Source of the DNA: a virus
Length of the DNA: 64,000 nucleotides
Virus genome (UHGV): UHGV-1370141
Reading direction: 5' to 3' (one strand)
The position numbers and the translations under genes were made by a program. Shown here in pieces: positions 7,916 to 16,890 of the stretch; positions within the stretch are counted from its first letter, which is position 1, and each line of letters opens with the position of its first letter. The notes beneath the pieces are model-generated. The model was not told the origin of the DNA. It saw nothing but the letters and a program-made list of their open reading frames with translations, and did no database searches.

Positions 7916-8506
7916 TCATTTTACTAACCCCGCTTTTACCGCATAATCTGCCATTTCTCTGAAGACGCGGCCGTACCAACCGTAGGTGTATTTCTCGTTT
8001 CTCTTACGTTTTTCGGAGATTTCCGTGTAGTAAGTTACTTGGTGCGAGATTAACGCAAAGATTAAAATGCTCAACCCTTCATCTTTACGATATTTCAGGT
8101 AGGCGTTCAACGCACCCAGTGTCTTAGGACCCATACCGCCGTCGGTGTCAATATCTGCGTAAAGTTTCCCTTCGTTATTTAAAACGTTGAGAATACGTTG
8201 TAACGATTTCACACAGTTAGCACGCCCTGCGTTAATACCAAAATCAAACATCCGGTCTGCGAGTAACGGTGAGATAGCGAAAATCTCATCAAGTTTGAGC
8301 TTCTTCCACCAACCGCGATCGTAAATATCAAACGCTTGTGCACGGGTGAGGTCTTTCATTTTCCCTGTGTAGCCGTATTCGCGTGCAGTAGTTAAAGTTA
8401 CACCGTGACAGGTTTCTCCACCTTTGTCGTCAGGGTCGTTGACGTACCCGCCTTCTAAATCCGTTTTGGATTCAATAATACCTTCTTTAGTCCAACGTTC
8501 AGCCAT
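7916..8506 (-). CDS. GH108-family lysozyme with peptidoglycan-binding domain (endolysin-like)
   Basis: N-terminal EGGYVNDPDDKGGETCHGVT matches the glycoside hydrolase 108 signature; the C-terminal region resembles PG_binding_3. Confidence 0.7.
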   Translation of the reverse strand: MAERWTKEGIIESKTDLEGGYVNDPDDKGGETCHGVTLTTAREYGYTGKMKDLTRAQAFDIYDRGWWKKLKLDEIFAISPLLADRMFDFGINAGRANCVKSLQRILNVLNNEGKLYADIDTDGGMGPKTLGALNAYLKYRKDEGLSILIFALISHQVTYYTEISEKRKRNEKYTYGWYGRVFREMADYAVKAGLVK

Positions 8507-8520
8507 TTTCGTTCAACTCC

Positions 8521-8564
8521 TCTTTTACACAAAAAAGAAAAGAGGGTGGGGATTACCCCCACCC
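8521..8564 (-). terminator. terminator hairpin (ATTA-loop family)
   Basis: agggtgggg-atta-cccccaccct inverted repeat with a T-rich tract following on the minus strand, after the gene ending at 8570. Confidence 0.55.
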
Positions 8565-8569
8565 TGTAA

Positions 8570-9049
8570 TTATTTTTTCTTCTTAGCGCGTGATGGCTTA
8601 GCTGGCGGTGTTTCAACAGCCGGTTTACGTGCAACACGCACTGTAAAACCACCAACCCAGGTCAGACACTCAGGACGGAAGAAAATACCGTGTTCGATTG
8701 CGCTACCGTCCAACGGTAACTCACCAACCTGTTCTACCCATACATCGTCTTCTGTAAGGGTTAGGCTATACTGTTCGTTAATTACGGGCAGTAGGTCAGC
8801 GGTAGTCGTTGCAGACTCCACTAACAGTTTCGGTAATACGTTCAGGAAATACAAACCTGCGTCAATGCGGTTATACTGGAACGTTTGTTCGTTAGTGTAA
8901 CCGAGATTCTTAATTGACGCAACTGTGATTTCGGTATTGTACGTACCGGTGGTTACGACCGGGTCACCCAGCGTGACTTTGGTGGTGTCGAACTCAGCGT
9001 CTGGGTTAGCCTTTTTAATAAGGTCGAAGATAGTTTCTTGATTGGTCAT
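8570..9049 (-). CDS. hypothetical protein
   Basis: 159-aa ORF in the minus-strand block, lysine-rich C-terminus; no motif. Confidence 0.5.
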   Translation of the reverse strand: MTNQETIFDLIKKANPDAEFDTTKVTLGDPVVTTGTYNTEITVASIKNLGYTNEQTFQYNRIDAGLYFLNVLPKLLVESATTTADLLPVINEQYSLTLTEDDVWVEQVGELPLDGSAIEHGIFFRPECLTWVGGFTVRVARKPAVETPPAKPSRAKKKK

Positions 9050-9062
9050 TACTGTAATCCTC

Positions 9063-9911
9063 TTAATCTAAGAATCCCGGTAAGACCGGATTAGTCTGCG
9101 CTAATTCAATCTTCGACTTCGGACGATCGGTGCCGTTAAAGTGGATTAACAGATTACCGGTCAGGTTAGAACACAGCGGGCTGAGCGTCAGCACCAACAC
9201 ACGCGTGAACTTCGTATTTGCGCCTTCGTAACCTGCGGTTGGACCATCGTAAATAATCTTCGCACCATACAGGTTGTTAGCCGCGTTCTTAGGTACACTT
9301 ACCCATTTCTCATCAACGACGTTAGCCAGTTTAGTGGCTAACTCAGCCAGGTCGACGGTGTCGTTGATAGTAATCGGGTCAAGGTAATCTTTTTCTGCGG
9401 TGAAATCAATCGGGTGAGAATAAACCGCAGCGTTACCTTTCTTAGTAGACGGATACTCTACCAGATTCTCTAATTGAGTAACTGGTAACAGTTCAGTCAG
9501 GTCAATAGGATCACGCAGCGTAAGTGTTACTACACCGCACCACTCGTAAGATTTCTCGTTAGCGGTAAGCTGATGGGTTTCACCTTCAACTTTTGCGTCA
9601 ACGATATCCGAGGGTAAAATATTTAGGTTGTATTTTGCGTTAATCGCATTAAGCAAATCCGATGCGGTTACCACACTGTCGTTACCGAACACCAACTCAC
9701 CGGTTAGGTAGTCAGGTAAATTACGACGGTGGTAAGTCACGGTTAAAGTAGTAGACTCATCGCCTTTGAGTTTAGAGGTCAGAACCACCTGGGTATCAAC
9801 CCCAGTACCGGTAGGTTCTCCGATATCAACATCACTGAAAGTCAACGGTGGACTAATATTGTTTTCAGTGTTGATGAGTTTTAGCAGTTTCTGTTTTGAC
9901 GTAAGAGACAT
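9063..9911 (-). CDS. hypothetical protein
   Basis: 282-aa ORF, tightly spaced with the downstream gene; no motif. Confidence 0.5.
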   Translation of the reverse strand: MSLTSKQKLLKLINTENNISPPLTFSDVDIGEPTGTGVDTQVVLTSKLKGDESTTLTVTYHRRNLPDYLTGELVFGNDSVVTASDLLNAINAKYNLNILPSDIVDAKVEGETHQLTANEKSYEWCGVVTLTLRDPIDLTELLPVTQLENLVEYPSTKKGNAAVYSHPIDFTAEKDYLDPITINDTVDLAELATKLANVVDEKWVSVPKNAANNLYGAKIIYDGPTAGYEGANTKFTRVLVLTLSPLCSNLTGNLLIHFNGTDRPKSKIELAQTNPVLPGFLD

Positions 9912-10044
9912 CGCGTTAACTCACAGTAAGTAAAAAGGTTTAAGAGGTCGTTTTACATCCCTCAGCCAGCATAGGAATAGTCGGGTAGGGTGTAAGTAAA
10001 GCGGTGTCAAAATAACAAAAAAGAAAAGGGAAAGAAAATTAATT

Positions 10045-10070
10045 CCGCTATAGACCGAAGCCTATAGCGG
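10045..10070 (-). terminator. terminator hairpin
   Basis: ccgctatag-accgaagc-ctatagcgg inverted repeat directly after the stop of 10078..10509, followed by a T-rich tract on the minus strand. Confidence 0.55.
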
Positions 10071-10077
10071 AGAGTGG

Positions 10078-10509
10078 TTAGCGAACGTTGTGTGCTAAGT
10101 ACATTAGCGTACGGGTGTCGATATCACGAGAAGTTTGTGACATTTGGTTCAGTAGAGTGCTGGCAGTAGGGTCGTTGTAAACACGACTTAACCACTCGTC
10201 AACCATTTCTGGTACAGTGTCGACTAAAAGCGGATAGTTAAGATTTTCCAGTGTGTATTCAACGAATTCGTGCATCAGATTCTGGTCACGATGCATAGTG
10301 TCACCTAACTCACCTACAGGGTACTCTTCACGAGGACGTTTACCCCAGCTACAGATGTGCATGTAGTTAGTATTCACAATTTCTTGATATTCTTCTAACT
10401 TAACTAAATCGAAGTCAGTATTTGGACGACAGAAACCTGCTAAAACGCCTAAAGCAATCGGATTGTTACGAATGTAGTTACGGATATCATCTTTTAATAG
10501 GAAAAACAT
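10078..10509 (-). CDS. hypothetical protein (paralog of 11775..12218)
   Basis: 143 aa; N-terminal region (..IRNNPIALGVLAGF..LEEYQEIVNTNY..) aligns with 11775..12218 (..IRKYPASIPVLASL..VEKFHEVVKSSY..). Confidence 0.5.
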   Translation of the reverse strand: MFFLLKDDIRNYIRNNPIALGVLAGFCRPNTDFDLVKLEEYQEIVNTNYMHICSWGKRPREEYPVGELGDTMHRDQNLMHEFVEYTLENLNYPLLVDTVPEMVDEWLSRVYNDPTASTLLNQMSQTSRDIDTRTLMYLAHNVR

Positions 10510-10541
10510 TTTAATGCTCCTTTAGGTAAATACAATAATAG

Positions 10542-10561
10542 AGGGGTGGATTACCACCCCT
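10542..10561 (-). other. intergenic hairpin (ATTA-loop family)
   Basis: aggggtgg-atta-ccacccct, related to the hairpin at 8543-8564; no clear T-run, so it may be an RNA stability or processing element. Confidence 0.4.
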
Positions 10562-10585
10562 TGGTTGAATTTAGAACGTCGTTAA

Positions 10586-11752
10586 TTAACGACGTTTTTG
10601 ACAATTAGGGCAGTTGCAACCTACGCCAGAAGATATTTCTCTAAAGTACGCGTCGAGTAAGTGCTCGTTATTATTAAGAAAACGAACTGACCACAAGTCA
10701 CGCAGATGAGTTTTTAACTTTCCAATAATACCGGGTTCATAGTTGAGTAGAATGGTAAGTGCGTTGTCTGTGTAAGTCCACTGACGGACTTTCTCAGGAA
10801 ACCAACGAGTGATATCACGCATAAACGTATCGGCATCTTCTTTCCCAATAGCAGTGATTGTCAGAAGACGTAGACGGTTGTTAACAAACTCATCAATGAG
10901 ACTATGAATTTCTTCTTCAAAAGCAATGTTCCACCATTTCCATTTAAAGGTGAGTTTTTCGCCCTCGAGTTTGGTCTCTACCTTGGTAGAATAGAATGCT
11001 GTCAAAGTGTCATTAATCGCTTCGGCATCTGGACCAGTGTATGTAAAGGCTTTCAACACATCGGACTCTTCACGCGGTTGCTCCCCTTCTTCGAGTTGGT
11101 TAAGAAAAATTTTCTTTGTTAACTTACGCATACAGATGTTCAATTGATTAATAACAACAGGGTCATTATCAACAATCACTGTTAAAGTATCGCCAACATA
11201 ATTAGACTGGCGAATTTTCTCCTTGTGTTCGTGAACAACTATACGCATGAATTCGTCCGCTTCACCTTTTCCGATACCTTGAAACGAAATAAGACGAACG
11301 GTGTCGTTATCGATCATCTCAGCGACAGAACGTACTTCTTCCATGAGGTTACGATCGTCTTTCTTCAATCGAACGACGAGTTTGCTGTTATCCCAGTAAA
11401 TGCCTAAATCGTCGGGATAGAAGGTCTCTAACGCCTCTTTAATATCCTTAATCTTTTCGCCTTCGTACCAGAGGACGTGCGGTTCGTCTTTCTGCTGCTC
11501 TTCGACTTTCGGTTGTTCAGTCTCGGCCGTTTCTACCGGGTTGAGCAACTCACCGATTTCCACCGCGATAGTGTCGCAAAGATAATCGTTGCAGTGAGTC
11601 CAGTAGAACACGATGCTTTCATCATTGACCTGCTCTACGCGGAAATGTACACCTTTATCCAGGAATATACGATAAAGTTGATCGAGTAACTGTGCTTCAG
11701 GAACCGGACGGATTTCGGTTTTAACGAGCGGTGTAATCTCGATATTATACAT
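10586..11752 (-). CDS. hypothetical protein with internal duplicated ~60-aa domain
   Basis: 388 aa; two internal repeats (..ISFQGIGKGEADEFMRIVVHEHKEKIRQ.. and ..TITAIGKEDADTFMRDITRWFPEKVRQ..); C-terminal CNCPNC. Confidence 0.5.
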   Translation of the reverse strand: MYNIEITPLVKTEIRPVPEAQLLDQLYRIFLDKGVHFRVEQVNDESIVFYWTHCNDYLCDTIAVEIGELLNPVETAETEQPKVEEQQKDEPHVLWYEGEKIKDIKEALETFYPDDLGIYWDNSKLVVRLKKDDRNLMEEVRSVAEMIDNDTVRLISFQGIGKGEADEFMRIVVHEHKEKIRQSNYVGDTLTVIVDNDPVVINQLNICMRKLTKKIFLNQLEEGEQPREESDVLKAFTYTGPDAEAINDTLTAFYSTKVETKLEGEKLTFKWKWWNIAFEEEIHSLIDEFVNNRLRLLTITAIGKEDADTFMRDITRWFPEKVRQWTYTDNALTILLNYEPGIIGKLKTHLRDLWSVRFLNNNEHLLDAYFREISSGVGCNCPNCQKRR

Positions 11753-11774
11753 GTCAATTTTCCTTTTTGGTAAA

Positions 11775-12218
11775 TTATTCGTAGTTGTGCTTAAGGAACT
11801 CTAAAGCACGTTGGTCATTGGTTAATGCTACTGCCGACATTTTCTTTAAGGCTTGACGACAGTAAGCGTCACTCACAATACGTTGTTGCCAAGCATTGAC
11901 AATTTCCGTAACGGTTTCTCCTTCTACAGCCGTATTGAGTTTATCGATAAAGTGACGTCCCATCAGATACGCAACTGCGTAGTCCGTGAACATCTCTGTA
12001 CCGAAATCACCGTCTGGGTAGTCAGCACGTTTCCGCACTGACATATCGGTAACGATTTGATACGACGACTTCACCACTTCGTGGAATTTTTCTACCGTTA
12101 AGGTGTTAAGGTCCATACCCGATAAAGAGAGTGAAGCCAGTACCGGAATACTGGCTGGGTATTTACGAATGTAATCACGCAACTCTAATTTCAGTTCTTT
12201 GCTCATTGAACTCACCAC
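11775..12218 (-). CDS. hypothetical protein (paralog of 10078..10509)
   Basis: 147-aa ORF; paralogy seen by eye. Confidence 0.5.
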   Translation of the reverse strand: MVSSMSKELKLELRDYIRKYPASIPVLASLSLSGMDLNTLTVEKFHEVVKSSYQIVTDMSVRKRADYPDGDFGTEMFTDYAVAYLMGRHFIDKLNTAVEGETVTEIVNAWQQRIVSDAYCRQALKKMSAVALTNDQRALEFLKHNYE

Positions 12219-12685
12219 TTATATTCAAACAAATAGCTGGAGAAAACATCGGCGAAATTTTCTAAATCATCGGTGTCAATCAAATCCAATCCTTTATTCA
12301 GAGATCCTAGCCATGTACCGTCGTAGCAAACTGCCATTACAGAATGGCGAACTTTTAGTTTACCGTCATTAGTAAATGAACGTTCACCGTTCTCGCCCGC
12401 CTCGTAGCGTTCCCCATTGTCAGCCAAGATAACCAGTTTGTCTAACGGGATGAAAGCGTCCATTACAACAAAGTCATAACGTGCAGTGACATGATTGTCG
12501 GTTACAGTTAAACGTTCAATAATGTAAAGGTTTGAATCACGTTTCAGCTCTTTGCTTTTTCTCCATCCATTCTTAATCAGCGAAAAAGCATCGCTTCTGC
12601 CAGTAAACAGATCTTTAATTTTATAGGTTTTTTCTACTGAATGGAAAGCGGCATGAACGTTGCTGTTGATTTCTAAGCTAAACAT
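12212..12685 (-). CDS. hypothetical protein
   Basis: 157-aa ORF, no motif. Confidence 0.45.
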   Translation of the reverse strand: MFSLEINSNVHAAFHSVEKTYKIKDLFTGRSDAFSLIKNGWRKSKELKRDSNLYIIERLTVTDNHVTARYDFVVMDAFIPLDKLVILADNGERYEAGENGERSFTNDGKLKVRHSVMAVCYDGTWLGSLNKGLDLIDTDDLENFADVFSSYLFEYKW

Positions 12686-12733
12686 ATTCTATTCCTTATA
12701 TACAAGTCGAAGAGTTAATGTGTTAATTTTCGT

Positions 12734-13228
12734 TTAGAGATGTTTTTCGATAACTTCCGAAACTAATTCGTAAAGGTCATCGTCGCTGCACACTTCTACA
12801 CTAATTCCGATATCGATACTACGACTACGGAACCCAACTTTGAGCGATTTACCGAACTCGGTTTGAAAGGCTTTATAGAGGATGTTCTTATCTTCTTCTG
12901 TGAGGCGAACAGGTAGTCTAACGGTGAACTTGTAATGTTCTTTCGAAACAAGTTCGTTGGAATAATTGAGTCGTTTGGCTCCACGCGTTCCGACAATCTG
13001 TGTTACCAGCTTAAACATTTCCTCGTCGGTATACGCTGTTGCGCTATAACCGATATCGATAGTGTTTCTGCGGAAACCTGCGCAGAACAAAGCACCGAAC
13101 TGTTCACGGAATTCTTTGTACAGGACGTCTTTTTCTACGTCCAGTAATCCGTAACCCAAGTCAACAGTAAATTTGTATTTTTCTTTGTCAACCAATTCAT
13201 TAGTGTAATCAAGTCTAGTGAAGTTCAT
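12734..13228 (-). CDS. hypothetical protein with internal tandem duplication
   Basis: 164 aa made of two ~80-aa repeats (LDYTNELVDKEKYKFTVDL.. and LNYSNELVSKEHYKFTVRL..). Confidence 0.5.
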   Translation of the reverse strand: MNFTRLDYTNELVDKEKYKFTVDLGYGLLDVEKDVLYKEFREQFGALFCAGFRRNTIDIGYSATAYTDEEMFKLVTQIVGTRGAKRLNYSNELVSKEHYKFTVRLPVRLTEEDKNILYKAFQTEFGKSLKVGFRSRSIDIGISVEVCSDDDLYELVSEVIEKHL

Positions 13229-13258
13229 GGTATATGCTCCTAAAATGGTTTTAGTTAA

Positions 13259-13299
13259 GTGAGAGCTTTCGTACTCTCACCTAAGTAATATATATCTGA
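13259..13299 (-). promoter_or_regulatory. conserved promoter-like motif plus 5' hairpin (copy 1)
   Basis: Hairpin gtgagag..ctctcac followed by ctaagtaatatatatctga, upstream of the gene starting at 13228; same architecture recurs at 16799-16844 and 37721-37769. Confidence 0.5.
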
Positions 13300-13310
13300 A
13301 AATATTTTAA

Positions 13311-13649
13311 TTAAAACCCAGCAATAAAACTGCCTAATGAAAGACGCTGTAAGTATTTTGGCTTACGTGCCAGGTAACAGTTCTTAGGATTACCTATCGC
13401 CATCTGTGCAACCGCACGTTCTAAACGCGGTGCTTCTAAGATAGCACGATAGTTCCCTTCGTAATGCATTAACCATGCACACTCTTCAACAAAACGTTTT
13501 GCTTCTCGGTATTCTAACGTACGAATACGTTTCTTACCACGATACAAAACCACATCACCATTACTACGAAATACAACCGTTTCACGATTCATTGATTTTA
13601 CCCCATAATTCTCGCCGTAAAACTTGTTTATACATATCGACCTGAGCAC
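13311..13649 (-). CDS. hypothetical protein
   Basis: 112-aa ORF; true start may be the internal ATG at 13592 (MNRETVV..), which reduces overlap with the upstream gene. Confidence 0.4.
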   Translation of the reverse strand: MLRSICINKFYGENYGVKSMNRETVVFRSNGDVVLYRGKKRIRTLEYREAKRFVEECAWLMHYEGNYRAILEAPRLERAVAQMAIGNPKNCYLARKPKYLQRLSLGSFIAGF

Positions 13650-13896
13650 GACAATCTTTTGTGGCCTTCTCTAGTATTAAAAAACCAGCTTCTTTTGGCA
13701 ATTTCTCCTCGCAAATGTACTCGGTAATAGCACAAAGCTTGTAATAAAGCTCTAGCTGTTCCCTGAGCGATTTTTCCTGCACTTTAATTAATTCATCTTG
13801 CTTAGCAATAACCTTTTCATTAACTTCGCAGACAGGACATTTCTTACGTTTAAATAGCCGAATTAGTTTAAAAACCATTATCGCCACCGTTTGCAA
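13582..13896 (-). CDS. hypothetical protein
   Basis: 104-aa ORF with a CPVC pair near the N-terminus. Confidence 0.4.
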   Translation of the reverse strand: MQTVAIMVFKLIRLFKRKKCPVCEVNEKVIAKQDELIKVQEKSLREQLELYYKLCAITEYICEEKLPKEAGFLILEKATKDCRAQVDMYKQVLRRELWGKINES

Positions 13897-14176
13897 TCCA
13901 GGTTGCTACACGAACGTGTGCACTGTGAAAGTTAGAGACTAAGAGTATTACACCACCTAACGTACGTGGAACGCGTAAGGCTTCGAAACGACGACAGTAA
14001 GAACGTACACAATACTCAGAACCTAAGATAACGATTTCGCAGTATTCTGAACGAATCGGCAGTAGTTGAGAAACGAGTTTATCACACGTTTCTTTGTTGT
14101 CTTCTAATAACCCGCCACTGAGAATATAGTTGACGATGTTCTCAGGTGCCGATGTGTTTGCGATTTTATTTTCCAT
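13868..14176 (-). CDS. hypothetical protein
   Basis: 102-aa ORF. Confidence 0.4.
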   Translation of the reverse strand: MENKIANTSAPENIVNYILSGGLLEDNKETCDKLVSQLLPIRSEYCEIVILGSEYCVRSYCRRFEALRVPRTLGGVILLVSNFHSAHVRVATWIANGGDNGF

Positions 14177-14178
14177 CG

Positions 14179-14577
14179 TTAAACTCCTATAGTGATCTCC
14201 GTGATGTGCATTCTTCGCATCTCACGAGTCATTCTGTCTATTGCCCGTTGACATTCGAATAAATTGTCGTAGTATTTCTGGGCAGTAACGTTGAATATAA
14301 TCCGACCTTCTTTCAATTGTTTAGCAACGACTTTTGTAGTTTCCGATTCAAACAGCAGACCACCTTCCCTGCCAATCTTAACTAAAACGTCACGAATAGC
14401 AACGTTTATAAGCTCGCCATTTGGGGAAACCACGATTTCCGTATACCAGTCGCCCTCACTAACGATACGTTGTACCCTTTCACCGCATAGCCAGTTTTTG
14501 ACTTTCCCATTGACGAATAATTGGGCCTTTAGTAACAAACGTCTTTTTAAGTAAGATAAACGCATCATGCAAATCAC
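14179..14577 (-). CDS. hypothetical protein
   Basis: 132-aa ORF. Confidence 0.45.
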   Translation of the reverse strand: MICMMRLSYLKRRLLLKAQLFVNGKVKNWLCGERVQRIVSEGDWYTEIVVSPNGELINVAIRDVLVKIGREGGLLFESETTKVVAKQLKEGRIIFNVTAQKYYDNLFECQRAIDRMTREMRRMHITEITIGV

Positions 14578-14583
14578 CTTATC

Positions 14584-14604
14584 TCCCTCGGGAAAACCGA
14601 GGGA
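14584..14604 (-). terminator. intergenic hairpin or terminator
   Basis: tccctcgg-gaaaa-ccgaggga between genes ending at 14612 and starting at 14577. Confidence 0.4.
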
Positions 14605-14611
14605 GTGCTAA

Positions 14612-14893
14612 TCACAGTTTCTCTTCTATTGTATCGATTCGAACTAACGCATCGTGACTGACTTTACGTGCGTGTCCAATCGTACTACCTAAAGCTTTTG
14701 TTGTTGGGTCTAAGGTATTCAGACGGTGATACTGATAATCGATATCTCGTATACAACGCGCCTGTTGTTTTACCATCCGAATTAATTGTCGTTTGGTCTG
14801 ACGATTGTTACTAAGTTCCTGTCGTAATCGCGTGTTTTCTTTATAAAGCTCCTGTTGACGTGTGTTAATTAAACCCAACAACCAATCTAACAT
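14612..14893 (-). CDS. hypothetical protein (coiled-coil-like)
   Basis: 93-aa ORF rich in Q/R/L heptad-like sequence. Confidence 0.4.
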   Translation of the reverse strand: MLDWLLGLINTRQQELYKENTRLRQELSNNRQTKRQLIRMVKQQARCIRDIDYQYHRLNTLDPTTKALGSTIGHARKVSHDALVRIDTIEEKL

Positions 14894-14895
14894 TT

Positions 14896-15411
14896 TTACC
14901 CCCTGTGCAAGAAAATGCGGTTAGTGTTTTCGAATTTCGGTTCTGTCCACTCTAGTTCCCAGTAAGCCTGGTTAATATCGCGAGACGTGAGTTTCAAATT
15001 CGAAACACCGGGGATATCGATCTGTTGCAGTAAATTAATAATCGTCACCAGCTCTTTACGAGGACGGTTCCAGATAACTTCAAGATACTCTTTCAGACGT
15101 TCTGGGTAAGCAACGGGGCGAATATAGACTAGCCCAGAAGGATACTCAATTGCTGAGGGTGTTCTTGGCACTAACCAAACCCAGTCTTTTAATAGCGGTC
15201 CTGGGTGATAATTCGAGAGTTGGGTAAGCGCGTTCGCGACGGAACAACAGCGAAAATACATGATGTCCCAGTCTTTTTCGAAACAATTACGTGCGACCAG
15301 GACCTTTAGCTTATCGATAGGTTTACCGTCAATCGTAGTAACACCTGGCTGATTAGCCAAGATTTGACGTTCACGTTTGGTATAAAGATTCATGTTGATT
15401 GTTACAGACAT
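14896..15411 (-). CDS. hypothetical protein
   Basis: 171-aa ORF. Confidence 0.45.
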   Translation of the reverse strand: MSVTINMNLYTKRERQILANQPGVTTIDGKPIDKLKVLVARNCFEKDWDIMYFRCCSVANALTQLSNYHPGPLLKDWVWLVPRTPSAIEYPSGLVYIRPVAYPERLKEYLEVIWNRPRKELVTIINLLQQIDIPGVSNLKLTSRDINQAYWELEWTEPKFENTNRIFLHRG

Positions 15412-15453
15412 TTAATGCTCCTTTAGGTAAATAGTGGGGTAATTAAGCCTTCG

Positions 15454-16296
15454 TTATTTAAGATTCCGAACTTCTCTCATCTCGTTACAAAATCTATCAA
15501 ACAGCTGGGCGTATTCGCCAACGTGAGCTTCTAGCTGTCCAAAAAAGTGGCGTGAAAGTCGTTCGCTGATTTCTTTTTCGTATTTCTTGAGAACGTGTTT
15601 AAAATATTCACCGTCTCTCTTAATTTTCTGCGCAAGGGGTTCCAGAACTTTAAGAACCCATGGTTTGTTTGGGATCAAGAGATTCAGGTTACCTTCAAGA
15701 TATTTGCTTTGATAAATTATAAATAGATGGTGTTCGTGTTCATCTTTCACTGCGCGAATAAACTCGGCAGCATCGGCCTCGCTAATATCCTCAACTGTAA
15801 ATAGCAGAATATTTTCTTTCTCTATGTCATTCAATAGGTTATTTAAAAAAGCGCGATAAGTAGCACCTTCATAGTTCACTTTAAGCACGTTGTTTTCAAC
15901 CAGATAAGTGAATTTGTCGTTGTAAAAAAGGTATAATATCGAACCGATTTTACCTGCCTGTTTGGGGGTAAGTGGAATCTCGTCTGTGAAGTAAGCGACG
16001 TCTTTCGCAGTTGGCTTGTCTTTTAGCCTACAAGTCATTTGATCCGGAATTTCTGGATCTTTAGGCGTCTCAACAGCCCGTACTAAAATATCCATAACCG
16101 CACTAATGAGCTTGTTAGGGAAATCGACCTCGCCTTCTACCCAGAAAATGTTAAACGCTTCTGATTTAACTTTATAGTAAAACGTGTATGTGTTTTGTAG
16201 CTCAGTGATTTCTTTAATTTGATCCTCAGTAGGGATAGGGGAAATTTTAAACTTGTTGATAACCTTTTCTTCTTCGGTGAGTTCGAACTGAAACAT
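15454..16296 (-). CDS. hypothetical protein (shares EADA..EF.R repeat unit with 10586..11752)
   Basis: 280 aa; segment ..VEDISEADAAEFIRAVKDEHEHH.. resembles the repeat unit of the 388-aa protein. Confidence 0.5.
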   Translation of the reverse strand: MFQFELTEEEKVINKFKISPIPTEDQIKEITELQNTYTFYYKVKSEAFNIFWVEGEVDFPNKLISAVMDILVRAVETPKDPEIPDQMTCRLKDKPTAKDVAYFTDEIPLTPKQAGKIGSILYLFYNDKFTYLVENNVLKVNYEGATYRAFLNNLLNDIEKENILLFTVEDISEADAAEFIRAVKDEHEHHLFIIYQSKYLEGNLNLLIPNKPWVLKVLEPLAQKIKRDGEYFKHVLKKYEKEISERLSRHFFGQLEAHVGEYAQLFDRFCNEMREVRNLK

Positions 16297-16307
16297 GCTA
16301 CTCCTCC

Positions 16308-16751
16308 TTAAATCATTGCTGGGAATTCGAAATCAATCTTATTTACGATCCCGTAATCTTCTTTTAGTTGAATGTTTAATGTTCCCTGAAATAACTCAAG
16401 AGAACCGATGAAGAACGCTGTGTAGCAGTTTCCACGAACAGAAAAGGCAAGATCCAATCCCCTTAAACAGCGTTTTAAGGTATCGTGTTCTTCTTTACTA
16501 CCGAACAACTGGAAATTGATAACGGTAATCTGTTTGTTAATGATTGCCATTAACCAATTTTTAATTCTTTTCGTGGTTATACTCTCTTTAAAATCGTTAG
16601 CTTCTGGTAGCCAACTAACGTGAACAAACGGAGCGGCATAATCCACGCGAACCTTTTGCTGCCAACGTACTTGCATCAAACCACGAATACGATTTGCTAA
16701 CGTTTCAGAATCACAAAGTAGCATAATGCCATTAGTAGTATTTGGTTTCAT
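16308..16751 (-). CDS. hypothetical protein
   Basis: 147-aa ORF, first gene downstream of promoter-like motif copy 2. Confidence 0.45.
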   Translation of the reverse strand: MKPNTTNGIMLLCDSETLANRIRGLMQVRWQQKVRVDYAAPFVHVSWLPEANDFKESITTKRIKNWLMAIINKQITVINFQLFGSKEEHDTLKRCLRGLDLAFSVRGNCYTAFFIGSLELFQGTLNIQLKEDYGIVNKIDFEFPAMI

Positions 16752-16798
16752 AATTGTCCTTCCTTCTTAATGTACTCTTCAACTCAGCTATAACTAGT

Positions 16799-16844
16799 GG
16801 AGTGAACGTAATTTTCACTCTCCCCTAGGTAATATATATCTGAG
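16799..16844 (-). promoter_or_regulatory. conserved promoter-like motif plus 5' hairpin (copy 2)
   Basis: Hairpin gagtgaa..ttcactc followed by ctaggtaatatatatctgag; located between the terminator at 16858-16884 and the gene start at 16751. Confidence 0.5.
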
Positions 16845-16857
16845 AAAAAATAAAAAA

Positions 16858-16884
16858 GGTAGTAGGGGCTAAGCCCCTACTACC
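16858..16884 (-). terminator. rho-independent terminator
   Basis: ggtagtagggg-ctaa-gcccctactacc with a T-run following on the minus strand, directly after the stop of 16891..17511. Confidence 0.65.
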
Positions 16885-16890
16885 TAAAAT

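Noticed and set aside
8424-8900. 158-aa plus-strand ORF
   Set aside because: Overlaps two minus-strand genes and an intergenic terminator; antisense artefact.
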